Positions 37,488-52,125 of a DNA stretch of 62,801 bases are shown here, one piece after another. A program made the translations under genes and the position numbers. The notes under the pieces were generated by a model that saw only the letters and a list, made by a program, of their open reading frames with translations, was not told the origin of the DNA and ran no database searches. The stretch is from Chara braunii (lineage: Eukaryota; Plantae; Charophyceae). Positions within the stretch are counted from its first letter, which is position 1; every line of letters begins with the position of its first letter. Location: assembly GCA_003427395.1 (NCBI GenBank), contig BFEA01000010.1, forward strand, positions 5,258,040 to 5,320,840, written 5' to 3'.

Positions 37488-37528
<41 letters not shown>

Positions 37529-37650
37529 AAAAAAAAAAGAGAAAGGGAGAGAGAGAGACACTGGGAACCTCCCCAAGATAGGGAAGGGTATTACATGAAG
37601 TGTCACAACTCGCAATGTATATAGGTATGGGTATTACAACTCGCAAAGTG

Positions 37651-37757
<107 letters not shown>

Positions 37758-37879
37758 TACTCACACACTCACTCGTACGTTCATCTACACTTCAACGATT
37801 AGGATGACCGTATAACAACAAAAACATCTACTTTCGTGCACGTGGACGAAGCTGCGTGTTATCTGAAGGATCGCAACGC

Positions 37880-38610
37880 CTCAGTCGAAAACCTCGTGGG
37901 TTTGTATCCGACGATCATTCATGCATCGCCCTCTCGAACTGATCTGGCAACTGTGTAGCACACCGAACATGTTCGGAGCTTTTCCGAACGACCGAACATG
38001 TTCGGGTGTTCGGCTGAACACCACCCGAACATGTTCGGTCAAACATATTAAAAAAAAAAAAAAAAAAAACTTCTTTCTGGTTTTTGATTTTTCACTTGAG
38101 TTTGGTTCCGAATTTGACCATACCTCCAAGGCAAAAATTGCCTGTACTATTATTTTACATAACATATATTTTTTTCAGATTTTTTGGAGAACTTTGTTTT
38201 TTTTTATAGTATTTTTATGTTCGTGTTCGGAGAGTTTAGGTGTTCGTTCGCGTTCGGTCCCGAACGTTCGGGTTCCGTCACCGAAACCGAACACAATGCT
38301 ACACAGTCTGGCAATTTCTGTCTGAACACCATGAAACCGCACCTCCGAGAAAAAGCAACATATCCCTTGAAGTGATTCTGCTTTGGATGAATATTGTCAC
38401 GACCAATAAGCAAATTCATGCATTCTTCCAGCTCATCCTCAAGACCAATATAAACCACTACCTCTTCCAAAGGTGCAGCCGTCGTTGGTCACCGACTCCT
38501 TATCTCCTCGGCCGTCAACTCTTCATCTCGAAACGGATCAATATTTGTGTCATTTCCATACACAACTGCTTTGGCTCGCACGCCTTTCATGTGTCGTCGA
38601 CGATCCATGT
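37880..38610 (-). pseudogene. KolX-like ORF convergent with the transposase, split by a MITE
   Basis: After MITE removal reads KGYVAFSRRCGFMVFRQKLPDQFERAMHE*SSDTNPRGF; resembles the Y..F...G....R..IP......IR.......GF end of KolX / P2X7 C-terminal domain proteins. Confidence 0.45.
37951..38306. mobile_element. MITE with 8-bp TSD
   Basis: Perfect TIR CTGTGTAGCA / TGCTACACAG; perfect TSD TCTGGCAA; subterminal CCGAAC repeats. Confidence 0.9.
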
Positions 38611-39527
38611 TATGGAACAGATGAAGTATATTATCTGTTTTTTTCTTTTTTTTACATAAATCTACACAACAAAGTACATTCAACAAGTGCTTGAGAATAA
38701 GACCCCAAACAACGCACAACAAAAACGTATACAATCCAACAGAGAGAGTTAAAACCGACTCATTGTTACTTAGTACTTACCATTGTATATATATATACTT
38801 ATCATGCGTTACCTTCTTCGTACAAGCAATGAAACCAGCCGACCACAAAAATGTGTAGCATCACCGGCGATGTACGGCGGACATATCCATACACTTCACA
38901 TGGCGTCATTACGCAGAGTTCTACGATGACTCTCGAGTATTGTGCTGAGAAGCGGATGCACGATTTCAAATAACTCATCTCCCTGTCTTGCATGAAAAAC
39001 ACATGTCGAAAAGTATGACGTACTTTTCCTAAGTACGATACGTATGTGTGTGATCGAATTTCGAAAAATAGTAAATCTCTGTCATGAAAAACACTGCAAT
39101 TTCACCGTCAACCACTATGATGTAGTGCTTCGTGTCCAGTCTATCCCGCCAATTGAAAGTGGAGAATTCACCAGGAGCATCAACTCTGACCGGTAAATGA
39201 GGAAATAGTAGTCCACTGAGCGATTGTCTGGTAAGCGCACACTGCGCGACAATCTGATGATTTTGGATGTCGTATCCGATGAATATGCAATCTTCCTGCA
39301 AAAGTATATATATATATATCAGCCTCCTGATCAGTCGGTGAAACTCCGACGAAACAGTTTGTCACAGCCCCTCGTTTGTTGTCCTCTTCTCTCTCTCTGC
39401 CTACGGTTTACCGGGCAGTTTTGTTTGTGACAATATATATATATATATACGAAACAGTTTGTCACAGCCCCTCGTTTGTTGTCCTCTTCTCTCTCTCTGC
39501 CTATGGTTTCCCGGGTAGTTCTTGTGA

Positions 39528-39580
<53 letters not shown>

Positions 39581-40250
39581 AAGAGAGAGAGAGGGAGAGA
39601 CGAAATGGGAAAACAAATCAATAAATACATGCGTTATTTATAGCCGTAAAGGTAAACGAACCTCACATATGTTGTACCGTATCGCCATCGTGACCACACT
39701 TCAATTATTACAAAATGAGAGTGCATTTTTCGATGTGACTGAACGTTTTGACGTTTGTGGTGATGCAACATTGTTATCACATAAGGTTTGTTAAGACGCT
39801 GAAGCCTTTGTTGTGCTCCCTGTCGGGTAGCGACCACATACGGGGCAACGACCCTCGCTGTCGCACCCCGCATTTCCCGTGACAGAGATAGGTTTTTTCA
39901 TATATGGACCGTCGTTATATGGTCGAATTACATTTGGCGCTTGGGTTTTGTAATGCTGAAGTGCATTTTACCTATCCTATAGATGTTGTTCGTGTACCCC
40001 TATTTTTTCACGCACTGGTTGCAACTTCGTCGTTGTGCTCCGGACGAGTTCCTTAGCTGCATGCAACCATTTGCTAGCTATTTCGATATTCTTGACAACA
40101 TCTTGTATAACTGGTCTTACATCGTTCAAGTGTTTCTCGTTCGATATGTCCGTACACACTGAACTCCAGGATGTCAGACAAATTGTTGATACCGTACGGT
40201 GGTTGCGAGAATATATAACGCCACGTGAAACAATGTTATGGATCCCACAA

Positions 40251-40286
<36 letters not shown>

Positions 40287-40351
40287 CTATCTATCTATCT
40301 ATCTATATATATATATATGCAACTATACATACTGTCTCATTCATCCAATTG

Positions 40352-40916
40352 TTATGCATCAGGGAAGCCGATATTCCAAAAATCAGGCGGTGTTGACGGT
40401 CTGCGTTGGTTCTCGTTATGTCGTGAACATTCTTGAACAATATCATGTCGGTTTTTTTCGTGCATACCCAACGCGTCACGGAAATGTTTGCACTCGTAAC
40501 ATTGATGGCCCTTTAGGAACTCTTTGTCTTTTTTCTTCCTACATGTCCAAATGTTTTTAGGTTCTATAGCATTTTTGTGTTTTGATATGTTTTGTACCTT
40601 ACAATTATCTGTATTACTTTGTGGCTGAGTTTTTTTGTCCTTCGATCTGTTGTTGTCATTGTCTGGTAAGCCATCACCGAACTCGTGATCGTAAACAATG
40701 ATGCTTTTGTAGTTCGACCTGCACGCTCTCGCATGCTCTTGAAAACCGGAAAACGGAAGCAAGGGATGTAGTTGTTTTTTTTTCACGATTGTTCAGAACC
40801 ACAGAGTGCATATCAATCTCTGTAACCATGTTTGGCTTTCGCAGTAAAGCAAGTTCCGCATCGGTATCACGCAGACTTGCGACAACTACCTCCATTGATT
40901 TGTCGACTTTGCGCAA
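40352..40916 (-). pseudogene. Sae2/CtIP/COM1 C-terminal domain protein, frameshift in an A-run near 40780
   Basis: RKKKDKEFLKGHQCYEC...QECSRHN...PSTPPDFWNIGFP (CxxC, S-R-H, TP..FW hallmarks); possible coiled-coil segment upstream. Confidence 0.78.
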
Positions 40917-42215
40917 ACTCTCATTAACGGCGCTAGCCTCCTCCGAATATTGCTATTCGCGGTGCTTTGTGCAGCGAACTTCATGATCAAACACTTCTGC
41001 ACATTGCGAACCGAAATTTTATGTGTTACAATACGAGCATTGGACCTTTTAAATATATGTCGTTGTACTTATGTTATTTGCACAATTGTTTATACAAATT
41101 GCAAGGGTTTTCATTCACGACAACATATATGGTATTCATAGGTCGATTAGTTTACTGGTTGATTTATTTCTTGATTCGTCCGATAATTCGATTGATTGAT
41201 TGGTCCCATAGTCCGATTCATCGATTGGATGATTGATTGATCGATTGATTGATTGATTGGTTGATTGATTGATTGGTTGATTGACTAACAGATTGATTGA
41301 TTCATTGACCAGTCGAATGATTGATGGATTGACTGACAAATTGATTGATTGATTGATTGATTGACTGACGAATTGAGTAACTGATTGATTGAATGATTGA
41401 TCGATTTATCGACTTTGTGACGGGGAGGTAGTCGTGAACTTCAACATCCTCGATCGGTATGCATGTCGTAAGTCGAATGTGATTTATTTGATTGATGGTG
41501 TGTGTGTATGTGTGTGTATGTGTGTGTGACTGTGTCACATGTCACACGACCTCCTTAGAATCACTGTCGTTCTTGTGTGATCGTGTTGGTGGGTTGATGG
41601 GTCAATTGATTAACTGGTTGGTTGACTGATTGACTCATTTATTGATTCACTTAATAACTAACTGATGGACTGGTTGATTGCTTGATTGCTTGATTTTTTG
41701 ATTGATTGATTGATATACTGACTGACTAAATGAACGACTGTTTGACTGATTGATTGATTGATTGGTTGGTTGATTGACCGACTGACTGACTTTCTAACTG
41801 ACTGATGGACTAACTGACTGGTTGATTAATTGATCGATTGATTGATTGATTGATTGATTGAGTGATTGATTGAGTGATTGAGTGATTGAGTGATTGAGTG
41901 ATTGATTGAGTGATTGATTGATTGACCGACTGATGGACTGACCGACTGATGGACTGACTGACTGACTGACTGGCTGATTGATTGACCGACTAATGGATTG
42001 ATTGATTGATTGATCGAGTGGTTGATTGATTGACTGACTGACTGATTAATCGATTGATTGATTGATTGATTGACTGACTGACTGATGAATTGATTGATTG
42101 ATTGATCGAGTGATTGATTGATTGATTGATTGAATAATTGATTGATTAATTGATTGATTGATTGACTGACCGATGGACTGACTTATCGATTGAGTGATTG
42201 ATTGACCGACTAATG

Positions 42216-42262
<47 letters not shown>

Positions 42263-42370
42263 CGAGTAATTGATTGATTGACTGATTGATTGATTAATTG
42301 ATTGATTGATTGATTGATTGATTCACTTGCTGACTGATGGATTGATTGATTGATTGATTGATTGACTCGC

Positions 42371-42411
<41 letters not shown>

Positions 42412-43594
42412 TCAAACGGATTTTTTCCTTTGCAGCCACAGAAGCAGATCCCAGGGCTCGATCCCTAAACTACACCTTACGTGTGTACAGTATTAAGTAG
42501 ACCCCTGTGTGTGTTTGAACCCGCGACCTGTGTTTTGGTAGTCGATTGTGTGCATCATGGGCCCGCTGGAAAATGGCAGATCAGCGATTTGCGGAAGTAT
42601 GAATCAAGAGGCAGTCATTCGTTCGTTTCTTGCATGAGCCATGTGGAAGCGCCGCCAGGCGTCTTGTACGAGGTGGTCTGCATAAGCCCGAGGTTGAAGT
42701 GGGCTGAAGGAAAATAGAGTTTCCATGTCTTGTACGGGGTCAGGTGGCCATAGCCGCTGTAGCCAGAGATAGGTGTTAGTCAGAGTGTGCGTGTGCATGC
42801 ATGTTACATATGATATGTGAGTGAGACATCCAGGGAGATCCAGTGACAAGGACGTGTGACGGTTTTGTGGACAAAGTGTCGGGTTAAGGATGTATGAGCG
42901 CTCAGGCGCCATAGCTAGTTGGAAGGGAGTTTGCAATTGAACTGTGTTCTCAATTTTAATATCTCTGAACTTGTTTGGGCGCACATCGCCTGATGATGAT
43001 TGACACTTATTTACACATATACAAATTAAAGAAGAAAGCAAGTCTGATTGCAGATTGATTGATTGACTAACTAACTGATGGACTAACTACTTGACTGACT
43101 GATTGACTGATTGATTGACTGACTGATTGACTGAGTTACTAACTGATTGATTGACCGACTGATGGATTGATTGTTTGAGTGATTGATTGATTGACTGACT
43201 GATTGATTGATTGACTGATTGATTGATTGACTGATTGATTGTTTGACCGATTGATTGATTGGTTGAATGCTCGATGGATTGGTTGATTATAGACTGATTG
43301 ATTGTTCGATTGGTTGACTAATTGATTGATTGAATGACTGGTTGACTTACTGATTAATTGATTGACTGACTGATTGATTGATTGTGTGTGTTACCTCCTT
43401 CATCATATGAGTGTAGTTCATTGATTGATTGATTGACTGATTGATTGATTGATTGAATGATTGATTCATTGATTGATTGATTGATTGATTGATATATTTA
43501 TTGATTGATTGCTCGATAGGTTGATTGAGTGGGGGATCATCTATTGCTTGATTGATTGATTGATTGATTGATTGACTTATTGATTGATTGTTTG

Positions 43595-43653
<59 letters not shown>

Positions 43654-43708
43654 CGTTGGTTGATTGATTGATTGATTGATTGAAGTGTGTGTGTGTGTGT
43701 TTGTGTGT

Positions 43709-43750
<42 letters not shown>

Positions 43751-44129
43751 TTCCTCCTTCCTGCTGTGTGTGTGCGTGTGTTTGACTAATTGATTGTTTG
43801 ATTGATTGACTGATTGATTGATTGATTGAGTGACTAATTGACTGACTGATTGATTGACTGACTAATTGATTGACTGATTGATTGGTTGATTGATTGATTG
43901 ATTGATTGACTGATTGATTGATTGACTGACTGATTGAGTAATTGATTGATTGATTGGTTGACTGACTCCTTATCTGATTGATTATAGACTGATTGATTGT
44001 CTGACTGACTTACAGATTGAAGGATAGACTGACTGATTGACTTATTGATTGATTGATTGATTACTTAATTGATTGATTGATTGTGTGTTTGTGTGTGTGT
44101 GTATGTGTGTTTGTGTGTGTGTGTGTGTT

Positions 44130-44446
44130 TGTGTGTGTGTGTTTCCTCCTTCATGAGGTGTGTGTGCGTGTGTTTGATTGATTGATTGATTTCTCAGACT
44201 TACCGCTGTTTTTGTCAAGGGTTTGGACCGACGGTTTGATACGAATTATAAGGTTGGTGTGAGTAAAGTCGACCGCTTTTCTCTCTCAGGGGTATCGCTA
44301 AGTCTGAGAGATGTGGTGAGTCCTTATCCATCAGACAAATGCATCCAGGACAGACTTTCGAGGTTCAACCTCCAGATGAGTCGGTGAAAGATCAGGATAA
44401 CACTGGTACAGTCATGTTTTTTTTTCCAGTGTATAGTGAATATGCC

Positions 44447-44487
<41 letters not shown>

Positions 44488-44550
44488 CAATCAATCTATC
44501 AATCAATCGACCAGCCAATCAATCAACCAACCAATCAATCAATCATTTCG

Positions 44551-44584
<34 letters not shown>

Positions 44585-44679
44585 GATTGATTGGATGTTC
44601 AACTAGTTGTTTGATTGATTGATTGATTGATTGATGGATTGATTGATTAACTACCTGATTGATTGACTGATTGATTGCC

Positions 44680-44726
<47 letters not shown>

Positions 44727-44995
44727 CTGATTGATTGATTGACTGACTGACTGACTGACTGACTAGTTGTATGTCATATTCGCTACATAAAAATATAAAT
44801 AATGAAAAAAAATAAAAATCAATCAGTCAAAAAGAACTTCGTGTGTTTCATAGATTGATTGATCGATTGACTGACTGATTGATAGATGGACTGACTGATT
44901 GACTGATTGACTGATTGACTGATTGATTGATTGATTGATTGATTAATTGATTGATTGTTTGGTTGATTAATTGACTGGCCATGGAGACATGTTGG

Positions 44996-45045
<50 letters not shown>

Positions 45046-45525
45046 GAGAGAGAGGGCGAGAGAGATGATTTATTGATTTATTGATAGTGTGTGTGTGTGT
45101 TTCCTCCTTCCTGCTGTGTGTGTGTGTGTGTTTGATTGATTGATTGATTTCACAGACTTACCACCGTTCTTGTCAGGGGTTTGGACCGACAGTCTGACAC
45201 GAATTGCAAGGTTGGTGTGAGTAAAGTCAACCGTTTTTTTCTGTCAGGGGCATCGCTCACTCTGAGCGATGTGGTGAATCCTTATCCATCAATCAAATGC
45301 ATCCATGTCAGACTGTCGGGGTTCAACTTCCTGATGAGTCGGTGAAAGATCAGGATAACGCCAGTACAGTCATGTTGTTTTTTCTAATGTATAGCGAATA
45401 TAACAACACATAAACACACATGTTCAATCAATCAATCAATCAGCCAACCAATCAATCAACCAACCAATCAGTCAATCAATCAATCAATCAATCAATCAAT
45501 AGATTAACTGAATGCTTAGCTGGCA

Positions 45526-45562
<37 letters not shown>

Positions 45563-45591
45563 CTGACTGATTGATTGACTGATTGACTGTC

Positions 45592-45636
<45 letters not shown>

Positions 45637-45798
45637 GACTGACTGATTGAAAGACTGACTGACTGACTGACTGGTTGTGTGTCATATTCGCTACACAAAA
45701 AACATAAATAATGAAGAAAAAAAATTCAGTCAGTCGACAAGAACTTCGGGTGTTTCATCGATTCATTTATCGATTGACTGACTCATCGATAGATTGAC

Positions 45799-45837
<39 letters not shown>

Positions 45838-45882
45838 CTGATTGATTGATTCATTGATTGACTTACCATGGAGACATGTTGG

Positions 45883-45923
<41 letters not shown>

Positions 45924-45990
45924 ACACACAGATGGTTGATTGATTGATTGATTGATTGTGTGTGTGTGTGCGTGTGCGTGTGTCACATGT
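44130..45990 (+). repeat. Two ~0.9-0.95 kb satellite units; third unit at ~61075-61960
   Basis: Same order of unique blocks: TTCCTCCTTC, a ~250-bp ACTTACC...AGTCATG block, CATGG..A.ATGTTGGG. Confidence 0.82.
45309..45360 (+). ncRNA. Degenerate type III hammerhead ribozyme (further copies 39323-39361, 44351-44400, 61324-61378)
   Basis: CAGACTG-TC-GGGG TTCAA CTTC-CTGATGA-GTCGG TGAAA; the 3' half CCGAC-GAAA-CAGT is preserved in the 39323 copy. No single copy is intact. Confidence 0.6.
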
Positions 45991-46288
45991 GTGTATGTGT
46001 GTGTGTTATAAAACAAATTGCAAAGCAATTGCACAACCTGGCCTAACCAGGAACAGTATTGAAAAAAACATATCACTCATAGTCACAAACAAGCATAGCA
46101 TCTTGCTAGAGTATCGCTTGGGTCACCTTCGTACACCTACTGCCATAGCTCACCTTCTTTTATTACCCAGCATACCTCGAGATAGGAAAGAAGGGGATTG
46201 GTAGAGGAGTGGAGGGGGGGGGGGCGAGAGAGGGAAAGGTAGATGTAAGAGAACCTTCTTCGGCAGGACCGATCTCCGGAGGGTGGCG

Positions 46289-46341
46289 CATCCCTGAAGC
46301 GCTTTTCGCCGTTTGCGCCAAACGGCTCATCAGAGGGTATG
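46289..46341 (-). ncRNA. Minimal type I hammerhead ribozyme, intact core
   Basis: CCCT-CTGATGA-GCCGTTTG GCG CAAACGGC-GAAA-A GCGC T-TC-AGGG; palindromic stem/loop III AAGCGCTT. Confidence 0.88.
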
Positions 46342-48536
46342 ATGGGCTACGTCCTTTAGGTGGCCTTCTATATCGACTGATCCGATCACCAGTGCAGTAG
46401 GGGCGACCTTCGTAGCTCTTAGGAGGGAGTGGACGGTATGTGTATGGAGGGGGTGAGGGTGTCAGAGGAAGTGGAGGTCCGCTTGTAGATCTGGGTGGCA
46501 TTCTACATCTTCTGGACCGATTACCAGAGGAGGGGGGGAAACCCATGTAGCGTTTAGAGAGTGGATAGTGAGCCGAGGGGAGGGTGGGCGGGCATAGACG
46601 AAGGTTGAGGGCTATTTTTGGGAGTGGGGCATATTTTAAATCAGGGTTGTAGGAGAGGGTGTCAGTAGGTATGAAAGGTTTGGGATGGGGGGTTGAGGGT
46701 AGGTGGGCGATCATACCACGTGCACGTTGATTTCTGCGTCTGTGACTTGTCCGTCTGTTGCAGAGGCCATGGTGGACATTGTTGGAGGATTGCGGAGCTC
46801 TGATACACTGAGTCGATGTTGTTCTGCGTGGTGCAAAGCCACGGCTGCACCTTGGTCATGTGTGTGTCCGAGGCTTGCCTTGCTTGCCAGCAACGACGTA
46901 TGCAGCAGAAGGAAGGAGCTTGCGCTAGCGTTACAGTACTTGGCGCAGTCTGATATCTCCAGACTGTGCTACTGATGTCTATGAACATACCGGTTCCGTG
47001 GGAGTTTGTCAAGACATCGGTATGCCGTTCGAGTGAGGAGGAACTAGGTGTCCTCCTGTGTATTTATGCAGTTGGTGTATGCTGCACCAGTGTACGGCTA
47101 GTTGTTGGGGAGTAGCGTGCGCTATGTGCAGTGTCTACACGTTTTCTTGTAGTTGCATTACTCCTGTACCTTTTAGCAGGCTGAGGTTTTTTTTTTTGGG
47201 GGGGGCGGGTGCGCTATTGGTTGCTTGTGTGGTGCGATGGGCGCCATATTTGGCCGTGTGGGTATGGGGGTTTATGATTTATTTTTTTGGGTGGGGGTAG
47301 CGCTCATCTCTATCCGTGTATTCCTGTTGTTCTGGGGGGAAGGCTAATCATGAATTCTTTTTTGTAGGGTGTAGCAGACCATCTGTGCGTTGTGGCTTGG
47401 CGGGGGGATCTTTTTTGGTCTGTCCGTAGCGATTATGCTCTTTTTTTTAATTAAAAAAATTGAAGGAGTTTTTTGTTTTTTTTGTTCTGGTTATGGCAGT
47501 GCTTGCATGGTTTCTGTCTTGCGTTAGCGCCAGCTCGTGCTTGTGCTTTGTTTTTCTTGGGTTACTTGTCGTTTTCGCAACTTTGTCTTTTACTCTTTTC
47601 TTTTTGAGGGGGCGACTTAGTTCATGTTTTCCGGTTCAGTCTCGGTGTAGTTGACTGTGGACGTTTTTTTTTGTTACTGGTTCCTGTTGCTTTAGTTGCT
47701 TTAGGCCTGTGTATGGTTTTATAGGGGGGTTCTCTCTTTTTTGGGGTGTTTTTTTTTTTGTTTTTTTTTTTGGTGGTGGTGCATAATGTTCTATTGGGGG
47801 GGTTTGGTATTTATGCAAGGGTTTCCGTGGGGTGTGTGTATGTGTGTGTGTGTATCGTGGCTCGTTTTTTTTTATTGGGGGGTAGTGTTTTGGTGGGGAT
47901 GTTTGCGTGTGCTATTTACCATGGTTTTATGGCTCCGTTTTTTCGGTTTTCGATTGGTCTTTGCTTTTTGTGTTTGTCATTTAGTAGGCGAGGTGGTCCG
48001 TGCTGAGTGGGTTTATTGGCGTTTCGTGGTTTTGTCATTTTTGTTTTCTTTTTTGTTTTCATGCTGACGGTGTGCTTTTCATATTTTCTTTGGCTTTTAG
48101 TAAGGTATTGTATTTCTGTGGTAGTGCTCTGCTTGTACGGGTTTTATTGGGGGGGGTAGGGTTTTTTTCTTTGTTTTTTTTTGCGTTTATTTTTTGGTGG
48201 TGGAATTATGGGTGTGTATTAGGTAGTTGTAGTGCTCTGCTTGTACGGGTTAGTAAGTTGGTATTTTCTGTATCGTATATCTTGTTGTTTTGTCTAGATG
48301 ACCTGTAGGGGTTTGTATGCTGTGGTGCTTCCTAATGTATCTGGTCCATATGTTTACTAGTATGTGTTAGATAGTTAAAACTTTATTATTTTTTATGTGT
48401 GTTTTTTATATATATATAAATAAATAGTAGGTGTTTGTGTCCCTCCCACTTTCCCACGTGATGGGGGGCCGGAGGGGGCAGGTGTACGGATGACGACCCT
48501 GCCCCTTCCGAGGCGCCGCCATCCGTACCAGATTAT

Positions 48537-48569
<33 letters not shown>

Positions 48570-48667
48570 ATTTATATATATATATATATAATAGTAACCT
48601 ACACACACGACACTCGGAATAATTCTCTGGTATGTTTCAAGGTGGTCTGGGGGTCACATGTGAAGGG

Positions 48668-50122
48668 TTAGTAGGTAGTGGTGTTAACGAGGACGTTTTC
48701 GACTATCCCAATGCATTTGTGTGGGTTAAATCCATTATGTTTCATTTTTTGTATTACATCGATTAAGTCTTTTGCTGCTTGTAATGGGTGTGATGTGTCT
48801 GTCATGATGTTTATAGCCTGTGGGATAAGTATCTTAAGTGATTGCAAGATGGATCTTTTCGAGTCAAATTTAAGGAATCTATTGATGAAGAAGTTGATTT
48901 TTTTTCTTTTGTCATATTTTCTTGTCTCGAATGTGCCAGTTGTGTGGTCAGTGATAGTGAGTGTTGTGCTCAATAAATTACACTTGGTCCCTGTATATTG
49001 GTTGTTCTGTAGGGTGGTTTCTGTTGTCGGTTCGTTGAGTGTCACAAAGTTGAGTGGGTATAGGTAGTACTTACTTCTTTTACTTTTAACTTTCGGGGTG
49101 ACGAATTCCTTGATTCTGGATTATTGATACTGTTGAGATCGTCAAAGTATCTGAATGTGTGCTGGAATAGGGGAAGCAGATGGAGGTTGGAAGTTAGTCG
49201 TAGTTTTTTCGTGAATTTGTATTCGTAGTGAAAGAAGTAGATGTTGCACCACATTGGTGAACAGCTTAGGCCCATTGGTATTCCGAGGATTTGTTTCCAT
49301 GTAGCACCACCAAGTATTGTGTATGCATTTTTTATGAGTCAGTTATTCATCTTTTGGATGTCGTTTGCGGTGAGTACTGTGGTGTTGGTTAGTCTGATTG
49401 AGGTACATGTTGCATCAATATGGAGGTCTTGGTTCTTTTCTTTGATGATGCAGCCAATGCCGGCGTTTCTGCCGTATACTTTTCTTGCTTCTTTGAAGGC
49501 GAGATCGATGAAGAATTGATGGTTGTTGGCAGGCCATCTTCTGATTCATCTGTTGGGATTGTTTCATAGAATCTAGTGATGTCAGCAGAGTAGAGGTTAT
49601 GAATATATGTAGCTAAATTGTAGATATAGACCGATACTGAGTCAACTATCCACCAGAAAGACACTTTAACGCCATATTCTTGTTCTGTTAGTCGTGTAAG
49701 ATCCCCGCAGTGTTTTTTTACTGTTAGTGTTAGTTTGCTGAGTATAGTTGCGCATATGTCTGCTAGTGGTGAGAAAATGACGTCAGAGGCATTGGTTAGC
49801 CATCAAAACGAGTTTTTATGTTTTTTGTAGGTTGCCATGAGGTAGGGCAGTTCCGTGTTTTTTATGGGAACGAATGGGAACAGTGTTTCTATTTGGTATT
49901 TTAGTATTCTGATTAGATCGGGCATAGTACATCGCAGGGGGTGAAATCGTTCTCAGTGAGTCTTCTTAGGGCTAGGTATCTTATGAAGTTGATGCAGGTA
50001 AAAGTGGGTGTATTGGGTGTCAGCTCCAGCATGGCGGAGTTTTTACGGGAGGTTATCATATATGTGATGAAGGTACATGAGGATGTTCCGGATGCATACG
50101 TCGGCTCGGGTGAGGATATCAT
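48668..50122 (-). pseudogene. Penelope-like reverse transcriptase, frameshifted
   Basis: YSADITRFYETIP, WKQILGIPMGLSCSPMWCNIY, FRYFDDL, KYDKR. Confidence 0.85.
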
Positions 50123-50414
50123 TGAGTCGATGGTTCGTTTGGTGACTTCCGCGGTGTTGCATGAGCATGGTGACTTTTTATTTTCGATAGTGGAGTAGGA
50201 GGCTATCTTAGATCCTCCATTGGTGGGCCGTGCATATATGCGCGGCGATCTTCAATAGACATGTGGATCTAGAGTCGCTTGTGCGTATCATTCTTGTTGT
50301 TTGGTAGAGAACCGGGTTTCTATGTGCACGTGTGTGGTGAGGGGGACAAAGTCACCTCATGGTGTATATACCTTCATGGTTTAGTGGTGGTGATTTTTAG
50401 TTTTCGTTAGCATT

Positions 50415-50469
<55 letters not shown>

Positions 50470-51599
50470 GATTTCTTGTCCGGGATCGTTTTTAATAAAA
50501 TTTTGTTTCGATCTTATCTCTGTTGGTCTGAAGATGAGTCATGGTGCTCAGTATGATTTTTCTTCTGTCAAGTATATGCGTCATATTTGTATTGGTCGTT
50601 TTTCGGTGGTAGTTTTGTAGGGTGGTTCACCGATGGTTTGCTAGTGGGTGTAATTCGTGTGTGCTTATTTGTTTTAGTCTACATATCATTCGTGGTGGTG
50701 CGCTTAATCATGAGCTGAGTATGCAGGAGTTTACTTTGGGTCGCCCGTATCAGTCCTTCGTTTGTCTCTATTAAGAATGGTAGTTTGCGGTCATGTTTTC
50801 ATTGCTCCTAGTAATTTGTTGGTGATTTCATGGTTCTGGGTGTGTTAATTTGAATATGTGATTGGGATAGTGTTATTCATATATCCTTTTTTTTTGGGGG
50901 GGGGCGCCAGTTGGCTGGTATCCCTTCCTTTTCTTTGTGTCGTAGCTGCGTATTTTTGTATACAGTGTGATTAAATCTTTGTTTTTTTTCTAAATCTACG
51001 GTTTGATATTTTTTGGGTTTTTTTTTTTTGTGCTTGTTAAATCAATAAGGTTGGGGTAAGACCACGTCATCTTTTGTTATGTCGTTGCTATGTTGGTTTT
51101 GTGTTTAGACATTTTGGTCAGGTTGATTTTATCTTTATATTGGTGGTGCAGTGGTTTTTGCGTTATGGGGGTGGTTCTTGTGGTGTGGATCTATGTTTGT
51201 GTGGATTGGTGAAGGTGGGCTAACCTGTTAGGTGTGTGAGGTTATGTTGTTTCAAACGAGCTCGGGCTCCAATCTAGTTATTTGGTCAGGGATTGTGTAA
51301 AAAAAAGTTTTTCAAGTGTGTTGCGTAAGGTCTAATGGTTAGTAAAAGTGGGATTTACTACTAATTATCCGTAGGGAGGCTGGTGTCTATTCGAAATGGT
51401 GTTATTACAAATTTTCGAGTTCATATCAGCGGGCTAGATATATTTTCAATTGTTGTTTATGTGCTAATGGTTAGATATATTGATGTGCTCCGAAGGTCTG
51501 GGGATCAAGGGAATGTTTAATTGTAACCTGAGGAGTTACGAGAACAACGTGCATACTTAATATAAGACCCAAATGTTGGATTGTATTACTGGGTTATCG

Positions 51600-52125
51600 A
51601 GCGAGGGTATCATGTCGGGGGTATTTTTATTGGTTGCTTGGTCGTGGTTCATGGTATTTCGAGTATTTCCTATATACATAGTAGTAGACGAATCAAAAGA
51701 TACGAATTCACGAAACAATTTGGGAAGAGGCAGCCGACAAACCATCAATTAAAACATTATCGATGGCTAAATCGTTTGTTCAGGCGACTCCTATTATCCG
51801 CAACAATATATAATATCAACTTTCATCATTCTAAAAAGCAATAACAAAATTCAAGTTTCTCATTCGTTTCCCAGTGCCTTACTTTTTTTTGAAAAGAGGT
51901 TTATTTACAGCGAGGGTATTTTTATTAGTTGTCAGGTCGTGGCCCAGGGTGTTGCGAGTATATCATATGTTGAAGGTAGCCGACGAATCAAAAGATAAGA
52001 ATTTACAAACAACTCGGAGAGAAAGAACCTCTTAATCATCAATTAACACATAATCTATGAAAAAGTCGATCACTCAAAACAGTTCCTATTACTCGCAACG
52101 ACATATAGTATCAACTTTCGTCTTA
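51600..52125. repeat. Diverged ~310-bp tandem duplication
   Basis: GCGAGGGTAT, GACGAATCAAAAGATA, CATCAATTAA and TATCAACTTTC each occur twice, in the same order. Confidence 0.7.

Larger units (their letters stand above)
41140..45990. repeat. (GATT/GACT)n and (GT)n microsatellite field
   Basis: Directly visible; resumes at ~61075-61970. Confidence 0.95.

Noticed and set aside
42500-42570. tRNA gene or tRNA-derived SINE head on the minus strand (GGTCGCGGGTTCAAAC)
   Set aside because: B-box-like motif only; no cloverleaf or clear A box.
41136-48310. Many short ORFs rich in SINQ, VC, HT or F/L/V
   Set aside because: Translations of microsatellites and T-rich pseudo-LTR sequence.
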